Positions 48,424-62,014 of a DNA stretch of 64,000 bases are shown here, one piece after another. Source of the stretch: Paramecium tetraurelia (lineage: Eukaryota). How positions within the stretch are numbered: the first letter of the stretch is position 1; the number at the start of each line of letters is the position of its first letter. Below the pieces are notes generated by a model. It saw nothing but the letters and a program-made list of their open reading frames with translations, ran no database searches and was not told where the DNA came from. A program made the translations under genes and the position numbers. The DNA is taken from the NCBI GenBank assembly GCA_000165425.1, contig CT868053.1:124001-188000 (forward strand). Reading direction: 5' to 3'.

Positions 48424-51400
48424 ATGAATTGTTATAAGAAAGAAATCACAAAAAATTGGTTATACCAAGAGGATAAATATATCGAAAATGTAGTTGGTGC
48501 TTTTTAAGTAATAAAATTACATGAAGAAAGACAAATATAAGCTGGGAATGCTCGACAAAAGATTACAGAGCAACTCCAGAAGTACATCGATGAAGATCCA
48601 GAAGATTTGCCTCCACATTAAGCCGCTCAACATGTTCTTTCCCTTGATGAATAACTCCTAGATTATCCATGTTACAAGAAAGGCGGCATCTTTGGATCTG
48701 TAACACAAAGATAATGCTAGTTATAAAAAACTACTCTTGGACAATCTAAGAAAGGTAATGTTATTATAAAAACCTTTGGTGCCATCAAATCCTTTAATAT
48801 CCAGCATCTTGAAGATGCCCATAAGGATTTCAAATGGGATGTCAGTTATCAAAAGTATCCTGTGCGACTCATCTTCGACTTTGTTAAACACAGTCCAGTA
48901 TGGATATACTTTAAAGATGATGAGGAAGTCCACAAGTATTACGATTATTTCAAGTGCCATATTGCTATGGCCTAGATACAAAAATTGCCAGTCATTTTAC
49001 AAGAGTCTACTTCACTTGTAAAAGAGAATTACTATTTATTATTTGCTCAGAAAATAGAAACCTATTCAATTCATGTCATTTAATAAAAGAAGAAGGCTGC
49101 TAAGTTAGGAAAAGATGAAGCCAAATTCTTAATGGAAATTGATGTCAAAATAATTAGAAATATTTTATAGAAGAAGTGGTTAAGTAACAGTGTTTAAATG
49201 TTCAAAAGAGAGGAGAGAATGAATTAATTGGCAGATGAAGAGAGAAAGAAATTAGATTAAATTAGATAAGAAGATGAAAATAAAAAAATGAAATGGCGAT
49301 AATTCCTAGGATCCAAATCAGTTCTCAATGTCGAATTAGCCGAATGGTTAAGACCCATGATGGCAGAATGGCTAGAGAAAAGTGAAGAAATACAAAACAC
49401 TAAAAAAGTTAGGGAATTAGTGTTCACCATACTTATCAAATCAATCAATATTGCTGTGGACATTAATTTAATTAAACCAACCATATTTGTTGAATTATAA
49501 TCAGTTGAATAGGATTCTAAATTAACTATGGAAGCCTATTTAGGATAACAAAAAACGGATCATTTTTATAATTGGTTATTGAGGGAATAAAATTTTGAGA
49601 ATAAAATCTTATCAAAATAATAGGAGAGAAAACCATGCTCATTCATTATTTCAAAGATCAGTAATCAAGATATCTTTTAAATCTAATTTAAAGACATGGT
49701 TAATGCATTCTATGATACAGCAACTATTCCTTTCAAAATTATTGTCAAAGAATTACTTCAATAATCATAGCAGGGAAAATCCATGTGGATACCCTTAAAA
49801 TTAGTCTAAACTAATTCATTGAAAACTGAATCCAAGGAAGGCATCATTTATGTAGAAATTGATATACATGTAAAACCATCAATTATGATGCATAATCCCT
49901 AATCTTATGAAGAAGAATTAGAATATATCGTTGAACATAGTCTTGCATTTTCTGATCCTATTTATTTGAGCACCATACAAATCCCCAAAATGAATAAGGA
50001 TATCATGAAATTTATTCTCATCACTTTAGAAGAAAGCAACATTTGTATGAAATAGAGCATGTAGATGTTAAGCTACATCCTATTCTTATAATAAAAGAAT
50101 CCAGAAACTCTGAGCAAACAAATGCATTAATTATAAACGGTCTTTATTAGGAAGGTTATTTTGAATTTGTGTCATAATTTTGGATTAATGGAATAATAGA
50201 TCAAGCAATACGAGCTAGTCTCATACCGCTTAGAATCTATGAATTTCTATAATATCAAGAATCCCCAAGAACAAGAATTAGTTAATGGGCTCTTTTTAAT
50301 GGGGATTCCCTATTATTTAAGAAACAAATTATGGTTTCAATTATTGTAGATATCTTTTGAACCCTTAAAGACAATTTTGAGTTAAAACTACAAAGTCAGT
50401 CTTGATAGAGAGGATAGCATGAATGAAAGTGTTTCCCTATATTTCAAATTATCCCAACTTAAACTAAATTTAAAAAAAACTCTCCTTTAATAGATTGACC
50501 TCTATTTGAGACAAGAAGACAGTCGAAAAGGATTTGGCAATGAGCAATTTTATTATCAATTAAAGAATCTTCTGATTTGTTTCTTGTTGTATCAAGGAAA
50601 TTAAGGATTGATCCCAAACAATATGTATATTCATCATCTATTCACTTTTGCCAAAAAAATGCTGGTCATGTAAATCTACTATCATGTCAGGTACAATGAT
50701 TACACTGAATTTGCTAATGAAACTAAATAGACTCCTTCTGATTTAACAAATGAAAGCAGAGCTTTCTGGCTATTAGTTGGTTTTCACAATTAGGTTCTGG
50801 CTGATTATCCATTGTATGAAGATTAGACCTTATAAAATCGATTATTCCTAGAACAATGTGCTAAATTAAGAGTGTATCTCAACAAAAAGCATCCAGATCT
50901 ATTTCACAAAATGTTCTTATATGGGATTGAAGTGGAGAACGAATTATATGAATTGTTCTTTAATCTGTTTTCTGATGTCCTACCATCAGAAACTCTATAT
51001 AGAGCCTGGGATCTCATCATTTATTAGTAACAGCAATCAATAAAAGCCACATCCGAAAGAGGAAATATCATCATCTCCATAACTGCAGCTCTGTTGTTAA
51101 GAGTTCATAAGAAAATAAATAATATCTCAACTCACTTGGCCTTCTTGGCTGCAATTAAAGTAGAAGCAATGTTAATTAATGATGTCACAGAATTCTTTAC
51201 AGAGGTGTTATAAGTTCAAAAGGATTTGAACTTAGCCGTTTAAATTGAATATCAGGAAGAAGGACCACCAAAATTGGAACCTTAATTAGAATATAAAAGT
51301 ATTTCAATTTTTAAATGTATTCCCTAGTCAAGTCTGATTATAGAATTTTTGATTTCCTAGACGAAAAGTACCCAAAAGGTTCATAATAAATGCAAGTATA

Positions 51401-51428
51401 TTAATATTTAAATTTTATTGATTTTTGA
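48424..51428 (+). CDS. Large protein with a degenerate TBC (Rab-GAP) domain
   Basis: LMGIPYYLRNKLWFQLL, QLKNLLICF, ESRAFWLL, HPDLFHKM, FFNLFSDVLPSETLYRAWDLI; 3' end inferred through one intron. Confidence 0.8.
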
Positions 51429-51517
51429 AACTATACTAAAATTAAGAATTCAAAAAGATACTTTAATATTATTAGTGTAATAGTTTATATTTCAATCAAC
51501 AAATAATAATATAACAT

Positions 51518-51590
51518 GGGCTTGTAGCACAATTGGTAGTGCGCCTGACTACGGATCAGGCGGTTGCAGTTTCGAGTACTGCCAAGCTCG
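51518..51590 (+). tRNA. trnR-ACG: tRNA-Arg(ACG)
   Basis: Cloverleaf: acceptor GGGCTTG/CAAGCTC, D arm GCAC/GTGC, anticodon arm CCTGA-CTACGGA-TCAGG, T arm GCAGT-TTCGAGT-ACTGC. Confidence 0.95.
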
Positions 51591-51592
51591 AA

Positions 51593-51599
51593 TTTTTTT
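51593..51599 (+). terminator. RNA polymerase III terminator (T7 run)
   Basis: TTTTTTT two bases after the tRNA discriminator. Confidence 0.7.
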
Positions 51600-51921
51600 A
51601 TTATTTATTATATATAAAAGAATTAGTAAAAATTCACTTCCTTCTCATATGAATTCATACATTCAATTTTAACAATATACTAAATCTTACTTGATAGGCT
51701 CCATCTACCATTATGTGATATTATCATTTTTAATCCATGCTTAGCTTATAATTTAAATTGTCTAATCTAAATCTATCCTATATAAAATAAAACTGCTAAG
51801 TTTGATCATATTGTTAATAAAGTAATCTTTGAGAAAATCTAAGTTGAATATTGAAAATTTTCTCTCAATTTTAGCACAAAAAATAAAACTCAAGAAATTA
51901 AATATAAAAATGCTGACTGAC

Positions 51922-52817
51922 TCATTTTAAATAATTATTGTTAAAAATCAGATTCAATAATTCAACTTCAGCTCTTCTGACCCTTGCATATAATTTAGCT
52001 TGATTATTTCCTAGTAATTTCACAAAGAATGGATCATGAGATTCTGATATGTCGAATAGTTTAATCAATTATGGCCTCAAAATTTCATAATCTGTATAGA
52101 ACCTTTCACAATATATAGTATTATCATCCAAACAAAATTGGATATTCAGATTTTTATGCTCAATGTATTATTACCATTTCACAATACTCTCAAGTGTGTT
52201 TAGTGATAATAGTCTATAATCATTAATAAATTCTTTTAATTTCTCTAAATCCTTAGTTTAATACTACTTCAACAAACTCTAAATCTAATTTAAGCAATTC
52301 TCTCGTGCAGTTATTGTAAACATGCAATGTAATATGGGAGATAACTTTTAATCCATCAATTTAAGTTCTTCCTCCAAAATTGCTAATTTATCATTTGAGT
52401 ATGCCAATATCTAATTAAACACATTCTGCATATGTATCATTTTATACTTAATGGATTTTGGGGACATTATACAATTTGTGTACCTGTCTTACTTATTCTA
52501 ATTTGGTAGCAAATATTTTTTGTTCACATTCAATAAGATTATCGAGCTCTTATTAATTCTTATGCATTTGAATGTATTTCTAAACGATGGAGGCTGTTCC
52601 ACCATTAATTGATGGCAAGAATGTTTTATTCGAGTATTCTCTTGGTACAACTCCTAAAATTTATTCAGATGCAACAATCCTATTGTTCCAGCCTTTTTCC
52701 TAAAACCCACTATTATGGAGAACTTACTCTTTGAGAAAATCGTTTTTACAGAGAGGAAGACTTTGCAATGCTTTTGTGAAAATATTCTTGACTTTGAACT
52801 TTACTAACATTTTTCAT
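51922..52817 (-). CDS. Hypothetical protein
   Basis: MKNVSKVQSQEYFHK...; two inferred tiny introns; ITARENCLNQIQ..YRLLSLNTLESIVKW..DPFF. Confidence 0.65.
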
Positions 52818-53091
52818 ATTAATTATAATGATTGAATATATATTATTATTATATTAAACAATCCTAATTTATGATACTTTCAACTCTAAACGTCCAGCAT
52901 CAATGTTGATTCAACCCAATAATGGGGTAGCTCAATTAAATTACTGATTTAATATTTATAGTAATAGAATTTCTAAGAAGTGAAATTTTTAAATTTATAA
53001 TATAATTGACAAAATATTTGTGTGCTTAATTAAAATAAAAAAGGGGAGTTTAGTAAAGTAAACTAAATAATTTAATACATTTTAATTGCCA

Positions 53092-54668
53092 ATGCCAAGA
53101 AAAACTTAAACAATCAAGGATGTGATGAAAGAGAGCTAGCCAATTATTGATTAAAAATTAGGAACTACAAGAAGTAAAAAAGTAAAGAAAAATGACTCTG
53201 AAGAGGAGTCTGATTTTGTTACTACTTCAAGCAAATCTAAATAAAAGAACTCTAGCGCCTCTTCGAAAGTTAAGTCTGCCTCAAACAAATAGAAACCATC
53301 CATTAATGAATCCAAAGATGATCCTAAAGATAAATTGTCACCTGAGTTAAAGCCATCCTCTTAACGTCAAAAAGCAAGAACTAAGGCTGAAAAAATGTAG
53401 GAGAAGCATAAGTATGATTATTCAAATTATCAATCATAGTTCTAAAGCAGAAGAGGTAAAAGCTAAGTAATAAAATGAAGAGGGGGATAAAGAATAGGAT
53501 AGTGATAATTAGAATAAAAATGAACCAAATTAGAAAGTAGGTTAGGCGGAAGAGGAAAATAAAGATAACAAAGATAACACTAAAGATAAGTAAAATAATG
53601 AAAGCCATTAATAATAAAATCTAAATTCTAATGATAAGAACTAAAATGATAACTAAGAAAATTCTAAAAATTAAGAATAAGAACTAATTAAGCCAGTGGA
53701 ATAAGAGAAAGATGTTAATAATAAGGAATTATTAGATAAGGGAGATGATTAAGAACAAAATAAACCATAAGGAGAGAATAACCAACTATAAAACAAAAAT
53801 AATAATATTGATGAGTCAGATAAGAAAGCAAGTAACGATTAATTAGAGGAAAAATAAAATTAATAGCAAAATGAATCAAATTTAAAAGCAAACTCTAAAA
53901 GCAATATGAATACTACTGAAAATGAAGGTAATAATAAGGTTGATTAGTAAGATCTAAAGTCAAGAGAAGAGGAAACAAAAGAATAGTTAGAAAAATAACT
54001 AAAAGTGGCTCCTAATCCAGTCTAAAATTAAGAAACAGATGTAGACATTGTGTTTTGTTGTGATATCAATCTTTTGGAGGGTCGTACTATTGATTAATTA
54101 AAGGTAATATTATATTTTAATTTAGAATACCATAGAATATGTAATTTAGTAGTTAAAATAGAAACAACACTTAAGTTCAAGGATAAAATTTAGTATAGTT
54201 ATTTTTAATGATATAATTGCAAATTAGAAGATTCAATAATGCTAAGTGATTGATCTGTGTGATGAAGCAGAAATCTTATAAAGTCTTGAGGAAATCAAAT
54301 AGATGGGATAGGCAGAAATAAAGAAGGGATTATATTATGGTTTAAAATTGGCAACCTAAAATACTAAATGGAGAAAAGAGAGTAAAAATAAATCATATAG
54401 ATATATTATTCATATTGCCAATCAGCATTTAGAACTAGACAATAAATCAGAAGAGTTAGAGTTTATAATTTAGGAAATGAATAATAAAAACATTAGATAT
54501 AAATACTTAAGAATTGATAAAAGGATTGATTTAGATTTTGATGGGAAACAATATTTTCAGAATAAATTGAACAGCTATGAAGAAAGTTTCTTGAAAGAGT
54601 TTGGATGCCTTAAAAATGTTGTTAGTAGCATTATATTGAGAGAACTTATACATGAGAATAATAAATGA
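53092..54668 (+). CDS. Low-complexity N/Q/E/K protein with degenerate vWA-like C-terminal domain
   Basis: Long charged region, then DVDIVFCCD..IKFSIVIFND..WRKE..RYIIHIA..EMNNKNIRY. Confidence 0.75.
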
Positions 54669-54707
54669 TTGTTTATTTTTAAGCAAATTTATTGATATAT
54701 CTAATGA

Positions 54708-56188
54708 TCATATTCTTATGAACTTTACTAATCTATCATCTGATGGAGCATAAAGGAAAGTGTAATCCATAACTAAATCAGTCTAATCATCTAATATTAC
54801 TTTGTAGGTTTTGATAATGTAAATAAGGATCAGTTTAATTTCTATTCTAGCTAGATGTTATCCTAAACAATTCCTTGGACCATATGAGAAAGGGAGGAAT
54901 GCTTCGGGCTCTGATTAATTTAACCATCTTTCTATGTTGAATTCTAAATGATTATCAAAATATTAAGGATGAGTCATCATAGGCTATAATCCTACATCTA
55001 CATACCAATCTTTTTTAATTAAGTATTATCCTACGTAATGATCTTTTACAGCCAATCTTGGAATAATTCCATCGCTTGGGGTTTAAGTTCTTAGACATTC
55101 ATTTAAGAATGCATTCAATAATGGTAAAGAATTTATTAATTTTTAATCTATCTCATCAAAATTAATTTTAGTTAATTCTTCTCTGAGTCTCTATTAAATC
55201 TAAGGGTGCTTACCTAACATATAAATAGACAGGCCTGCCGAATGAGATGTTGTATCCATTCCTGCAAAAACGAATGTAACATATTGATGAATGATCTATT
55301 CCCTAACCTCTTCAGTCAAAGGTTCTCTCAATAATATTGAAAACACATCCTTTTCTGATCCTTTCTAGTGGTTATTGATGAGATTATTAATATAATTTCT
55401 TACTACATACACTCTTTAAAGGAATTTCTTCTCATTGGCCGTCATAAAGTAGGACTTCATCGTTGATAGAGACTTGATTCCAAAGAAACTTCTCAACTAA
55501 TGTATTAGACTACCATATGTAACCTAATTAGATATTTTCGATTTACATAAAGAAAATATCTAGAGAGATCTTGAAATTCTTCACTTAAATGTTAGCCGTT
55601 TATCTACTCATCTTTCATTTGATTAAAAAAACAGATCTACATTGCTCTCAAAGATATTCTTGCACATTGTTTTATTATGTTCACTCTCTAATTCTCCTTG
55701 TATTATAATGTATCTTAAATTAAAGTTTTGATGACTGGTATCTTAGAAGACAACTACTCAAAAGTAAAGAAGTTGGATATTTCCCGCTTCTAATCTTTCC
55801 ATTCTTAGCCCTCTGCATATACTAGGCCTTTACATGCTATAATGTCTCTAAATATCTCATCAGTTCTCTTTTTATAATTTGCATAATTATAGAGCATTTA
55901 TTTCACATTTTCTGGTTTGATGAAAATGAAGTATGGTCTACTGAAAATGTGAGTGATAATCAATTCTACTTCTGGGTGGTTATAAGCAATATTTCTTTTG
56001 AAATAAATAACATCTTTCTAAAATTTTAATCCATCCATTCGATATTTGAATTGGCCCAGAAAGGGGAAGTAAAGAACATAGACTTTATTTCCATACTTGA
56101 ATTTGTAGAAATAGCAGATACATAAGGGGTAGAGGATAATCCATAACAAGGGAAATGATAAAATGAGTGGCACCCACAAAAGCATCAT
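54708..56188 (-). CDS. Cytochrome P450
   Basis: N-terminal anchor, I-helix FAGMDTTS, ExxR (ECLR), heme motif PFSYGPRNCLG. Confidence 0.96.
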
Positions 56189-56306
56189 AATTAATTGAAA
56201 TTAATATATATTGTCCATTTCAAATTTACTTCTAAAGCTCAGAAAATATTTTAATATAATTAATGATCATTTTTGAATTTAATACTAAACTATTATTACT
56301 ATATAA

Positions 56307-59300
56307 TCAATCTTTATTCTAATTTTATTCATCCTCATCTAACAATCTTGTCAGCTCCAACTTTAATATCTTGTGTGCTATTAAGATGGGCCTAACATTC
56401 TGGTAATCGGGTTTCTAATTGAGAATCCTTTTTTCTAGAATGAACAATATATTGACCCATTCTTAATAAATTTCGGATGTCACAAATGGTTATAGTTGAG
56501 TTAGCAAACCTTAAACTTCAAGCTTATATTAGCTCCACGTTTTCACTAAATTATCAAATATCTATTCCATATTAGCCTCCTTACCAATAAAATCATTGAG
56601 AGAATTTTCAGTAAAGATCTACTAATTGACACAAACTGAAGTGAAACGATTAAATGATAAATTCTTTTCACCTTAGTGAATAATATCCGCTTCTTCTTCA
56701 AATAAATCTAATGCTTCTTAGAAATTAAATTTCTCGAATTCAATGTGTCTGAACAAAGTTAAAAATTCATTATGATTAATCTTTTTGTTACCATCCAAAT
56801 CAGCAGCTTGAAATGCATGAATCACAAATAACTTAGTTCGATGAGTTACATTTCTATATTTATCGATAACCTTTGACATAAATTAATCTAGATCAACAAC
56901 GCCTGATTTATTTTTTGAATCACTTTCCTTAAGATTATCTAAATCATTTCTAAGTTCTTTAATTTCATCCTCAGTTAACTTATTCTCTAAATGTATTTTT
57001 ATATAACTATACAATAATATAATACATATATTTACTCTAAAGCTCTCAAATAAGGAACATAAAATTTAGACTCACTATCTCCTTGTACAATATTAACACC
57101 TAGACTTGTTTGACTGTGTATATATTCCAATCCTGATATCATGAAAGCTGATTCTTCTTGATTGAAATTCAGATGTTCATCATGCAAAAGACATAATAAT
57201 CTAGCGAATACATTCACTCGAAAGATTTAACAAAAGTGAATTACGGATAACAAAAATTATAAGTATTTTTTTTCAGCAACATGTTTAAACCCATATTTGT
57301 TAAGGAAGAAATTGAAAACGAAGATCTACATATCAGCTTCTCCTCCAAAGGATGTTTTTTCTAAATATATTTGACTTATAGTTCTTAAGACGTTCTTAAC
57401 TGGCCAATACGCAACAACCTTCTTGAACAAATGAGATTGCTCTCTTGCTTTAATTGCTAATAACACACCAGGATGCGTCAACCTATCTATTGTTGGTAAC
57501 TATTTCATTTATCTTGTAGCGAAATTCATTCTTAATGCTCTCTATATCTTACCTTTCCTTCTTTTCAGAGCCTCCTGCTTTTTCTCCTCCTTTTCTTTTT
57601 CTTCATCCAAAACATACTCTTCTTCCAAAATTTCCTTGTCATTCTAAATTTTCTTTCTGAATGATTCAAATTCAAATAAGAACTCTTCTGCTATTTAGGT
57701 ATGCGTCTTGAATTAAGTTTTTAAGATATGAAGAGTCAATTTTCTTGCAAATAGTAACACCTGTGTTAAGAGTTCATTTGTTTCATTCATTCTAGCTGTT
57801 GCATTTTAAGCTTTCTACTTTTGTATCTGATAAAGAAGCATCAACATAGTAGTTTATTACTTTGATAAATTGGGTTATATAGAATCAGTTTTTTCATTGA
57901 CTTCAATTATTTGAGTATTATTCTGAGATGAAGTTTGTTCATGCTATTTTGGTTATTATTAAAGTTGCTAGGATGCACTCATCTTCTTTTTCTTTTACCC
58001 CTACTTATCTTTTTCATTCTTCTTTTCTAGATTTTCATTGGCTGGAAAATATCTTTATGACCCCAATTACTAATTACTTTGCTATTATTGTTATTGAATT
58101 TATTGCTTTTAGATTTATTTAGCTGTGTCGCTTTTACAAGCATTTGTTTAAGTGACTTAAGGATTAGCTTATGGAGATAATTTAATTGCTTTTTATGAAG
58201 ATTATTAAGAATTCTATTAAGTATTATTAGAACTAGTTCCTTATTATACTTATTTTATATTTAATAACCTATCTGAACTCTATTTATCAAATTCTCTAAT
58301 CAACTTTTCAGATGTTTCCGATCTTTCAATTTAAAATCTTCGTTCCTAAATATAATCCTGCTTTCTTTTGTTCATTACATCAGGTGACCCTTCATCATTT
58401 TCTGGCACCTCGTATATTAAATCTATTTTGTTAACTCCCCTATTTTCATAATCATGAATTGAAGGCTCATCTTGATGCATGTTCATCTAATCGCATAGCC
58501 CATCCAACCAACTCTATTATTCTAATTGTTGTTTTAGTTCGAATTCTCTGTATGTATTTTCTATCTCCTAGGTGGATAAAAATTTATCATATTAAGGAGA
58601 CATCAATTATAGATCAGTTTGAGTTTCAAGAACACACAGACATTTTTAGAATGTTTACACACCAACACTATGAGAAACAACAGGCAGTTCTTCAATCACA
58701 TCTTTAACAATCATATCTTAATTTTATTCAAATTTTGTCTGTTGATTCATCTCCTTAAGCACTTAAGATAGCGATAGATCTTGTTCCTCTATAGCATCCT
58801 CTGATTTATTAATAGAAGAATGTTTGTTTTGATTCTTCTTGGATAACTGATGCTTCAATTAATCTATCTCCCTTTGTAGATTGCCTATCATATTCGCTGC
58901 ACTCTTTGATATTGTTTCCTATAAATTAATTTTATTCTATAGTTTTTTGATAGTTTATTAATAACTTATACGTTCTGAGTTAATCATATTTTCTTTATAT
59001 TTTAATTGATCCAATTCTTGTGTTAAGATGCTAATTTAGACTCTTGACCGATTTTCTATTTCCTCCTTTTCTTTGGCTTCAAAAATATCTTTTTCAAACA
59101 ATTAGAATTTGAGTGTTCTTTATTCTTATTCTTTTATCATGAAATGTTTATGAAACACTAAAATATATCCTTTAACTAATGAATGAAGGAGTTGTCCTCT
59201 TTCAGCACATTGGTAAGAAACCTATCGAATGATCTCTAATAAACATAGATGTAGAGCTTCAGACAAAGAAATGAGTTTATCTTTGAAATCCTTATTGGAT

Positions 59301-59830
59301 TGGTGGATGGTATCGATGAAGTTTACAAACCATTATTTAAGCACGACTGCATCTCGTCTACCAGTTGGTTAGGCTGAAAAGAAACTACTGGATTATTATT
59401 TGAGTGAAGCCAAACTGGGAGTGCAATTGATTGCTTTTTATAATGATTGTCTTAGAGAAGTAATTATGATGCTACGATCCTTTTCTTAAGACAACCCCTA
59501 TGTGATTTGTTCGAAATTAAGTTCTGAGATTTATTCTAACATTGGTAGAATTTGGTTTTCGTTGACTTATTCTGTTAACTGCTCAAGCTTCTCCTCAGTT
59601 TTGACTCTCAACTAATTACCAAGATAGGCTTGGTTTTATTTTCTAATCCTCTATTGCTAGACATATTATTATAAATGAAGTTCGCCAAGTACTTACTTCT
59701 ATTTAATTTGTTCTTGGAAACGATGACTGTATTGACTATCAATCAGATGTGATATATCTCTGGTCCTGGTTCTCATCGATGTCATAGTTCTATTATTTAA
59801 AGACTTCAACGAAATAGTATGATCTTTCAT
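56307..59830 (-). CDS. Axonemal dynein light chain (p28)-like domain plus coiled-coil and EF-hand protein
   Basis: PTGRRDAVVLKQWF..EIIRQVSYQCAERGQLL; long coiled coil; FFLNKYGFKHVAEKK; EF-hand DLDGNKKINHNEF. Confidence 0.8.
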
Positions 59831-59887
59831 AAAATAATTAAATAAAAATGATAATTTTTAATATCACTTAATTATTTTAGATACTTA

Positions 59888-60872
59888 TCAATTCTTACCA
59901 TACTTTTGATGGAGAAAATCTTATATCAATAAAATCATGATTGATTGAGGTGCCACTCTAGAAAAATAAACTAATAATCCAACCCATAATCCAACCAGTT
60001 TCTCTCTTTGTATAGATTTTATAAAACAATCTATCACACCTTGGTAGGGCATTGAACCATCTGGCAAGGACTTCATCTTCTGAAGTTTAGTCTTCACATT
60101 GTCAAAAGGCAAAGAAATTATTGAAGAGATGATCCCAGCTCCACATGATGCCCTATATGCTTCATCATTAGATTTACATGATCCTATCGAACGCAGTTTC
60201 ATTTTTAGAATCTTTGAATTGCATACTCATCTACTTGATCTAATCATATGTTGTTAGCTATCCAATTGTTATTGCAACAGCTCTTGTTACAGTCGGCATA
60301 GATCCCTTCCAAAAAGCAATTAGTCCCTCCTCTCGATATATTCTTGTCAAGGCTTCAAATGCATTTTTATAATTCCTTCTTTCTTCAATCGGTAGTGATT
60401 GATCTGCTTAAAATCGGATCAGACACACATCTGTTGGATTACCTACCAAAGCTCCAATAAATCCAGCTAATGAAGATGCCCCTACTTTTTCAAAAAATGT
60501 CAAATCACCTTAGATATATGATGGGGTTTGTTACGTTATTATTGTTTCTTAACCGAATCAGTGATTATCCTGAATATACCAAGACGAGTTGTTGTATATG
60601 TCAGTTGTCTCAATAATGCCGAACCAAGGCTAAATTTAAAATTCTCTCTACCCTGAATAAAACCCCCTTAATCCTTCCTTTTGGAGCATGTCTCTACTCA
60701 TTTAAATGATATTCTTCTTATGACTGAGCACTCCAAGACCCAAACTTTCACTTTAGATTTAGATCCTCACTTTGAGTGTATCAATTGGCATAATAATAGC
60801 AGCAGCCGAGCATCCAGCAATCGCTCCAAATAGAAAAGGCTTAAAATAAGAGGAGTTTTTTGATTCAGCCAT
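59888..60872 (-). CDS. Mitochondrial carrier, 2-oxoglutarate/malate or dicarboxylate type
   Basis: Three PxDxxKxR-type motifs (PIDTLKVR, PTDVCLIR, PFDNVKTK); LLRQLTYTTTRLG; LPIEERRNYKN. Confidence 0.95.
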
Positions 60873-62014
60873 AAGAGAATGATTATTTTTATTTATTTAA
60901 TTATACTCAAAATTTGAATATATAATCATCCTACTTTACAAACAATCTGCCCACCTGTCAAAGCCCTTGGTTTCGATTATAAAATGATATCCACAAATAA
61001 TACTATTAAAAAGCAACCTCTATATCTCAGAATTTTAGTTATCTGAACTAAAAAAACACCGACATATTATACAAAATCAGTTCCCTCAGTTTAATTTTAT
61101 TTCTAATATCTTTGGCTATATCTTAAATAAATAAATTAGCCCATCAAACGGAAGTGGTAAATAAAGCATAGGTAATAAATAACAAGTATATAATCGCAAA
61201 CTAAAATCATAGCTGTTTTGTACTCTCAGTAAAATTTATTCTTATTATAACTATTTAGCAATAGATGATATATGCAAGTCCAAAAATCAATTATGTCCAC
61301 TTGCCTCATTATGTTTCAAATATTTATATAGTTGCAGTATATCTGCTGCTGATCTTAGAATAAGAGAAATAAATTTGTTTAAAAACTTATTCATTATTGA
61401 GTATAAATGTAAATAATTACAAAATTCTAAAAATAAAACTAATATTATACACAAATGTATCATTGAGGATTATGATTTATTATCTAATAAAAAATCGTAC
61501 TTAACACTATTTTTAAATGTTCGTATTACAAAGGTATTATTTACAATGTTAAATGGAGAGATCATTTTCATATCTGTTGCAAAATTAAATATTTTTAGGC
61601 TATTTTATATCCTATTAGTATTCTAATTTTGTACTATTTTAGTGATTATTATTTTATATATTTAAATGCAAATAAATAGATATCTTGGATTCCTGCAAAA
61701 TTGAATAAAAATAATAAGATTAAAGAATATCTAATATTTCCATGAACTTTTATATTAAATAAAAGATTTATTTTTATCATCAATAATATAATGCATTTTC
61801 ACTTTAAAAGTATTTCAATTTGAATGTTATTTTATGTTTGGTAATTCGATTTACTATTTTTTTTAGCCTTCTCCTCAGAAAATAGTATTTTTGTAAAAAT
61901 ATATGTTAGTTTTAATTAAAATGTTATTTTCACAATTTAAACAACAATTAAACATAAATTTACTTTAATATTAAATAGTATAATTTATTATATAAGTATT
62001 TAGTAATTCGAATT

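Noticed and set aside
52870..52940. ATGATAC...CTGA segment with small hairpins and a TAGCTCAATT A-box-like stretch
   Set aside because: The C box has two mismatches, no guide target is recognisable, and there is no tRNA cloverleaf
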